Shown here piece after piece: positions 63,200-64,000 of a DNA stretch of 64,000 nt. The position numbers were made by a program, and so were the translations under genes. The number at the start of each line of letters is the position of its first letter. The first letter of the stretch is position 1. This stretch comes from Octopus sinensis. Lineage: Eukaryota. The stretch covers positions 67,642,001 through 67,706,000 of the forward strand of contig NC_042997.1 in the NCBI RefSeq assembly GCF_006345805.1, written 5' to 3'. The notes beneath the pieces are model-generated. The model did no database searches. It was not told where the DNA came from and was given only the letters and a program-made list of their open reading frames with translations.

Positions 63200-63960
63200 C
63201 CTCGTTGCTTGTATGTGTGTAGAATATGGTAGGGGTATATGAATATGGTGTGTGTCTGTGTGTGAGATTATATGTGTGCATATATGCATGTCTGTGTCTG
63301 TATCCCTGTATCTGTGTGCGTGCATGAGTGTGTACATATATGCTTGTGTGTGGTGTGTGTGTGTGTGTGCACGTATGTGTACTTCTGCATCTATGTGCAT
63401 GTTTGTATGTGCATGTGTGTGTGTGTGCCTGTGTATGTCTGTGTGCTCATGTGTATGTATGTGTGTCTGTACATGTGTGTGTTTATGTGCAAATACATGA
63501 TGTGTATGTTGGTTTGTGTATGGTTGTGTGTTCCTCTGTCCTTGTATGTATGTGTTTATGTGTGAATGCTTGTGTGAGTGTCTGCACGTGCATGTGCATG
63601 TGCCTGTGCCTATTTACGTGTGTGTATGTGTGCCCCTTTCGTATGCATGGTACATGTATGCCTGTGCATGTGTGTGGGGGCTGTGTGTGGATGTATGTGC
63701 ATATCTATCTGTACTACTTATTTATCTACTTACCTATTTATCTACCTGCCTGTCTCCCTATATACTTACCTCCCTACTTGGTTAACTAACTAGCATTCTA
63801 CATAACTAACCTTACCACCTAAATACAATCCTACTTATTTACCTACATGACTGCCTGCCTACCTATCTACTTATCCAGCCACCCATCTACCTACCTACCT
63901 ACTTTATGATTCTACCTATGTACCTACCTGTCTATTCAAATATACCTGTGTATTTACTCT
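63200..63960. repeat. Degenerate (TG)n followed by (CTAC/CTAT)n simple repeats
   Basis: Directly visible. Confidence 0.9.
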
Positions 63961-64000
63961 GCACAGGTGGTATCTATGGTATTGAAGTATCTCTACCTCC

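Noticed and set aside
48376-64000. Next PNKP exon (expected DTLGSWQ.C-like)
   Set aside because: No matching spliceable segment found; presumably beyond the window

Overview
Eukaryotic, AT-rich, microsatellite- and transposon-dense DNA. The repeat landscape (RTE/CR1/Penelope retroelements, tRNA-SINEs, complex TA/TG microsatellites) suggests a coleoid cephalopod such as Octopus; this is inference. One host gene runs across the window on the + strand: PNKP (bifunctional polynucleotide 5'-kinase/3'-phosphatase). I reconstructed 13 in-phase GT-AG coding exons by hand, from ATG 5212 to 48375. They encode the FHA domain, a long basic linker, the complete HAD phosphatase (DLDGT, FTNQ, RKP, GDAAGR, DFSCSDR) and the kinase P-loop (GYPAAGKST). 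The remaining kinase exons lie beyond the window. The introns contain a hAT relic, mariner/Tc1 elements, gypsy relics, a solo LTR, a CR1-type LINE, SINEs, two RTE LINEs and two Penelope-like elements (PLEs). Most notable observations: (1) hammerhead ribozyme motifs in the last visible intron, including a perfect 165-bp palindrome that encodes a hammerhead on each strand; (2) an apparently full-length RTE with an intact 1089-aa ORF; (3) a C4HC3 PHD finger inserted inside the RT domain of both RTEs; (4) an uninterrupted RT ORF in frame with PNKP exon 3 and separated from it by a single TGA; (5) a higher-order tandem array built from the stop codon and 3' UTR of an RTE. All coordinates and alignments were done by eye; no searches were run.
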